Part shown: piece after piece, positions 35,679 through 38,799 of the stretch
Position numbering within the stretch: the first letter of the stretch is position 1
Layout: each line of letters starts with the position of its first letter
IMG/VR virus record: IMGVR_UViG_3300034065_000102
Span: 1-38,799 of that record
DNA: 38,799 nucleotides
Strand: one strand, 5' to 3'
DNA from: a virus
Lineage: Duplodnaviria > Caudoviricetes
Position numbers and translations under genes: made by a program
Notes under the pieces: model-generated
Databases searched by the model: none
Told to the model about the DNA's origin: nothing
What the model saw: the letters and a program-made list of their open reading frames with translations, nothing else

Positions 35679-36128
35679 TCACCTGCCCGTCGTCGGTCTC
35701 GTCGAGACCAGCCAGCGGCAGCTTGCCTGGTTGAGATGACCCACCAGACACCAAGCCTGATGCCTGAAGGTGGGCTTGCCACCCTCGACACTCCGGCTGA
35801 CGTTCCACGCCGCGAAGAATGGCACGTCGCCGTTTTCCTGGCCGTCCACCGGCGCGAACACGCCACGCTGCACGGCATCCGCCGCCGTGCGGGCGAGTTG
35901 CGCGAGAATCGGCGCGCTTGGCACGCCGAAGATTGCTGCCGCCTTGTGCTCGGCTACCTGCGCGAGCACGCCGGACACGACGGCAATCACGTCGCCGTTG
36001 TCGCGGATGTCCACCGCGCCGAGCGCCTTGCCCGGCTCGATGGCCACGAGCTCAAAACCCATCGCGGAGGCATCCGCGATTTGCTCGGCTGTTGGCTGGT
36101 GCCGAGAAAACCAGATCGATGTTTTCAT
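35679..36128 (-). CDS. Hypothetical protein
   Basis: WFSRHQPTAEQ...GGKPTFRHQAW. Confidence 0.7.
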   Translation of the reverse strand: MKTSIWFSRHQPTAEQIADASAMGFELVAIEPGKALGAVDIRDNGDVIAVVSGVLAQVAEHKAAAIFGVPSAPILAQLARTAADAVQRGVFAPVDGQENGDVPFFAAWNVSRSVEGGKPTFRHQAWCLVGHLNQASCRWLVSTRPTTGR

Positions 36129-37286
36129 TTAGCGATTTCCACTGCTGAGGCTATCAAGCGCGCCCCATGCGCTGCCCGTGAGGAAGCGGGCTTTGTTTTC
36201 CTCCTTTGCCGCCTGCGCGGCTTGCTCGGCGCGTGTGCGCCGTTCAAAATCTTCATCGCGCTCGCGCGATTCGCGAACGGCGCGCAACTGCGCGGCCTTG
36301 GCCTGCGCGGTTTCGATGCGCTCCAAGAGCCTGAGCGCATCGGCATGGTAGCTCGACCGCCCGCCATTACGCGCCGACCGGGCGCGCCAAGAGCGGGAAT
36401 TTATTGCCCGCCAGTTCCGGCGGATTCGGGCGATGTCCCGCAACCGTGATTCTTCGGCGGTTGCGTCCATCGCCAGCTTGATGTCCTCTGCCCGCAGACC
36501 AGCGGCCAAAAGCTCAGCCTCTTTCGCGGCCTTAATTTCCCGCGCTTTGGACTCGCGGACGGCTTGCGCCGCCTCTTCGGTCGCGGTTTGCCACGCGGCA
36601 CAAGCCGCCGATATTTCAGGCGCGTCGCCGGGCGTATCGGCGAGTATGGTCGCCGCCCACGGCTCCCAAACCCACGACTCGCCGGAGTCGTAGTCCCCTC
36701 CGGCAAGACCCCCGAAGGAATCCTCGTGGCTGACGTAGGCACCCTGCCACGTCACCATTGTGCCGCAGACAACCCCGGCCTTCGCCGCGAAATCCTTGAC
36801 CGATGTTTGCCGACGGGCGACAAGGGCCTCCGCCGCCTGCTTGGCTTGGTCTTGGGCCTGCCAGCCCAGCCAGCCGGTGATGGCTTGTCGGACTTCAGCC
36901 TCTGTGATCGGAGCCTGTCGGCCAGTCAACCGCAACGCGGGCTCGTCTCCGCAGAGGTAGCCACCCCACACCACTTCCGCTGTCGTCGGCAGCACGCCCG
37001 CCGCCGCGAGCATCCCGTTGAGGCGGACGGCCTCAGCCCGGCCCGCCGCTTCCGCCGCCTCAGCGGCAACGGCTGCCGATGTCTCCGATGCTGTCACCAG
37101 CCGGAGATACACTGTTTCCCGGCTGTCCTGATCGTAGGGGTTCCCCTCGCCTCGGCACTCCACGACCGTTGCCGACTCGGTCAATTCGACCGGCGGCTGG
37201 CCGTCTCGGAACCAGCCCGCTGGCGCGGTCTGGCCCGCAGAGAGGAATCGCTCTCTGCCCCGGTTGTCGTAAACTCGTATTTTCAT
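36129..37286 (-). CDS. Large Ala-rich hypothetical early protein
   Basis: ATG 37286 with GGAG upstream; coiled-coil C-terminus. Confidence 0.7.
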   Translation of the reverse strand: MKIRVYDNRGRERFLSAGQTAPAGWFRDGQPPVELTESATVVECRGEGNPYDQDSRETVYLRLVTASETSAAVAAEAAEAAGRAEAVRLNGMLAAAGVLPTTAEVVWGGYLCGDEPALRLTGRQAPITEAEVRQAITGWLGWQAQDQAKQAAEALVARRQTSVKDFAAKAGVVCGTMVTWQGAYVSHEDSFGGLAGGDYDSGESWVWEPWAATILADTPGDAPEISAACAAWQTATEEAAQAVRESKAREIKAAKEAELLAAGLRAEDIKLAMDATAEESRLRDIARIRRNWRAINSRSWRARSARNGGRSSYHADALRLLERIETAQAKAAQLRAVRESRERDEDFERRTRAEQAAQAAKEENKARFLTGSAWGALDSLSSGNR

Positions 37287-37300
37287 CTGCTCCGCTCCGC

Positions 37301-37546
37301 TCAAATAGCGCCCCGGCCCATTCCCCGCGCGATGGACCTTGCATTGCTGTTCCCCTGCCGGGTCATCGCATCGCACAGGACAGCTTGCGCCGCCGCGTGC
37401 AAGCTTGACGGGGCTTCCCAGCCGAACCCGGGCTTGCCGTATGGCACGCCATTGTGCCGGGCTCCCAGAGCGACCAGTGTTTCTTTGTCCTGGCGCGTCA
37501 AGAGCGAGGGCATCTTCAGGCTCACCCATTGTTCGTTTTCGTTCAT
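37301..37546 (-). CDS. Hypothetical protein
   Basis: Preceded by variant leader repeat and promoter. Confidence 0.55.
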   Translation of the reverse strand: MNENEQWVSLKMPSLLTRQDKETLVALGARHNGVPYGKPGFGWEAPSSLHAAAQAVLCDAMTRQGNSNARSIARGMGRGAI

Positions 37547-37592
37547 TTTTCGTTTTCGGCTCGGGTTACTGGCCCTCGCTCTATCTACCTAC

Positions 37593-37621
37593 ACATTACC
37601 AGCACCCAGGAACATCTGCAA
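37593..37621 (-). promoter_or_regulatory. Early promoter P2
   Basis: TTGCAG-17 nt-TAATGT with extended -10 TG. Confidence 0.6.
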
Positions 37622-37622
37622 G

Positions 37623-37781
37623 TTATTTCGCGATTATTTTGCAGAAATCTTGCGATTCCTGGGCCAGGCCTCCCCGCGGGCCGCGCTTGGTTTTGCGATG
37701 CTTTTCCCAGCGGGCTTGCACCGCCGCCCGCGCTTGCGCGGACGTGCGGGCTTTGGCGCCGCCCGTCCCGGCCTTATTCAT
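37623..37781 (-). CDS. Small basic protein, possibly DNA-binding
   Basis: GTGGAKARTSAQARAAVQARWEK; ATGA overlap. Confidence 0.55.
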   Translation of the reverse strand: MNKAGTGGAKARTSAQARAAVQARWEKHRKTKRGPRGGLAQESQDFCKIIAK

Positions 37782-38029
37782 GCGCGGGCACATGCTGAGA
37801 TTGCATCGGACAGGGTGTTGGTCTGCGCGACGCGATAACTGCCCGTGTAGCTCTTCGCGGAGTCGTCCCAGTTGTTGCCGTTCACCACATATTTCCTCGC
37901 ACACCCCGTCCCGTAGTGAATAGAAAACGCGGTGCCGCCCACCGAGAAATTGACCGCCTCGTCTGATACTTCCAGCGCTTCGCCACCCATTGTTTCGATC
38001 TGCTTTTCCTGTTGTTCCGTGAGTTTCAT
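37778..38029 (-). CDS. Hypothetical protein
   Basis: Preceded by conserved leader repeat. Confidence 0.65.
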   Translation of the reverse strand: MKLTEQQEKQIETMGGEALEVSDEAVNFSVGGTAFSIHYGTGCARKYVVNGNNWDDSAKSYTGSYRVAQTNTLSDAISACARA

Positions 38030-38065
38030 GTTCGTCTTTCTTCGGCTCGGCTTACTGGGCCGCGC

Positions 38066-38416
38066 TCACACAATTTCGCGGGCCGCATCAATCAGTTTGT
38101 CGAGCAGGATCAGCTCGTCCTCTTTTTCGGCGGTCAGATAGTCCGTGATGTCCTCGCCCTGATAGGCGTTTTCCAGCGTCACCAAATCGCCGAAGTGTAT
38201 TTCAGCGATTCGATCGCCACATTCGGCGATCTCCATCAGGTGGGCGGCGAGGTCGTCATCACCGACCGTGCCGATATCCACCGAGTCACACCCTTCTGCG
38301 GACTCAATGTCTCGCATCGCCTGATCCGAGTGCAGGCAGCGGATGCTGCCGTGGTCGATGATTTCGCGGCTTTCGACTAGGTTCGAGATGTTGCGGATGA
38401 GTTCGTTTATTTTCAT
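38066..38416 (-). CDS. Highly acidic hypothetical protein (first early gene)
   Basis: 116 aa D/E-rich; A-rich leader. Confidence 0.7.
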   Translation of the reverse strand: MKINELIRNISNLVESREIIDHGSIRCLHSDQAMRDIESAEGCDSVDIGTVGDDDLAAHLMEIAECGDRIAEIHFGDLVTLENAYQGEDITDYLTAEKEDELILLDKLIDAAREIV

Positions 38417-38461
38417 TTTTATCTGTGTTGTTTTCTGCGTTGCTTCGTTTTACCTGCCACC

Positions 38462-38489
38462 AATTTACCATGCCCGCGGGACAATGCAA
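38462..38489 (-). promoter_or_regulatory. Early promoter P1
   Basis: TTGCAT-16 nt-TAAATT with extended -10 TG; shares an 18-bp element with P2. Confidence 0.55.
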
Positions 38490-38681
38490 GTTATTTCGCG
38501 ATAATCTCACAACTAAATCAGCACCCAGGAACAAGGAAAGTCGCCCGGCATGACCACCTTGGCACGCTTTGTGACGCGAAGTGCAGATAACACTTGCCAA
38601 ATATTGCGAAAACACGCAATGTGCAGGGGTGACCGGCGAACCAATCGCGCAACAGCCACGGCACTCCCCGGGCATTCGGCG

Positions 38682-38708
38682 CGACAAGCCCGACAAGCCC
38701 GACAACCA
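38682..38708. repeat. 9-bp tandem repeat (CGACAAGCC) x~3
   Basis: Read directly. Confidence 0.75.
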
Positions 38709-38799
38709 TTGCAAAACGCACGATTGGGAAATTTTTACCAATGAATTGCAAAATGCATGGGTCCCCTGCCAAGTTTTCAGGCCAAGCAAGTTTCCGAGG

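Larger units (their letters stand above)
1..38799. mobile_element. Apparently complete tailed bacteriophage genome (lambda-type packaging, HK97-fold capsid, short non-contractile tail)
   Basis: Terminase-portal-capsid-tail order on +, replication/recombination/early genes on -, no host genes, identical 11 nt at both ends. Confidence 0.93.

Noticed and set aside
1-38799. tRNA or rRNA genes
   Set aside because: No cloverleaf or rRNA-like sequence recognised by eye; tRNAscan-SE would settle it

Overview
The window appears to be a complete ~38.8 kb, high-GC tailed phage genome (short-tailed siphovirus-like); its first and last 11 nt are identical. The + strand (0.2-22.6 kb) carries packaging, head, tail and membrane genes: lambda-type terminase and portal, a fused protease-HK97 capsid protein, neck and tail genes, a short tape measure and a fibre-like protein. 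The - strand (22.6-38.4 kb) carries early and replication genes: replication initiator, DnaB, ERF, YqaJ exonuclease, VRR-NUC, a methyltransferase-like protein and many small ORFs. I found no integrase, CI-like repressor, endolysin, tRNA or CRISPR array. A Verrucomicrobiota-like host is inferred from non-SD A/C-rich leaders and Thr-Asn-rich exported proteins. The top finding is a stand-alone Cas7/RAMP-like gene (33599-34198) whose stop codon runs straight into a 912-nt array. The array consists of 150 GC-NNN pentamers split into 27 blocks by GCRA(A/T)G-type hexamers, and the cassette is bracketed by hairpins. It is a candidate RNA-guided system with a periodic, non-CRISPR guide code. Also notable are two hexamer-periodic cassettes ending in a hairpin with the same apex, and several signal-peptide-bearing, TN-rich proteins inside the virion module. 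All family assignments are by motif recognition and synteny; no searches were run.
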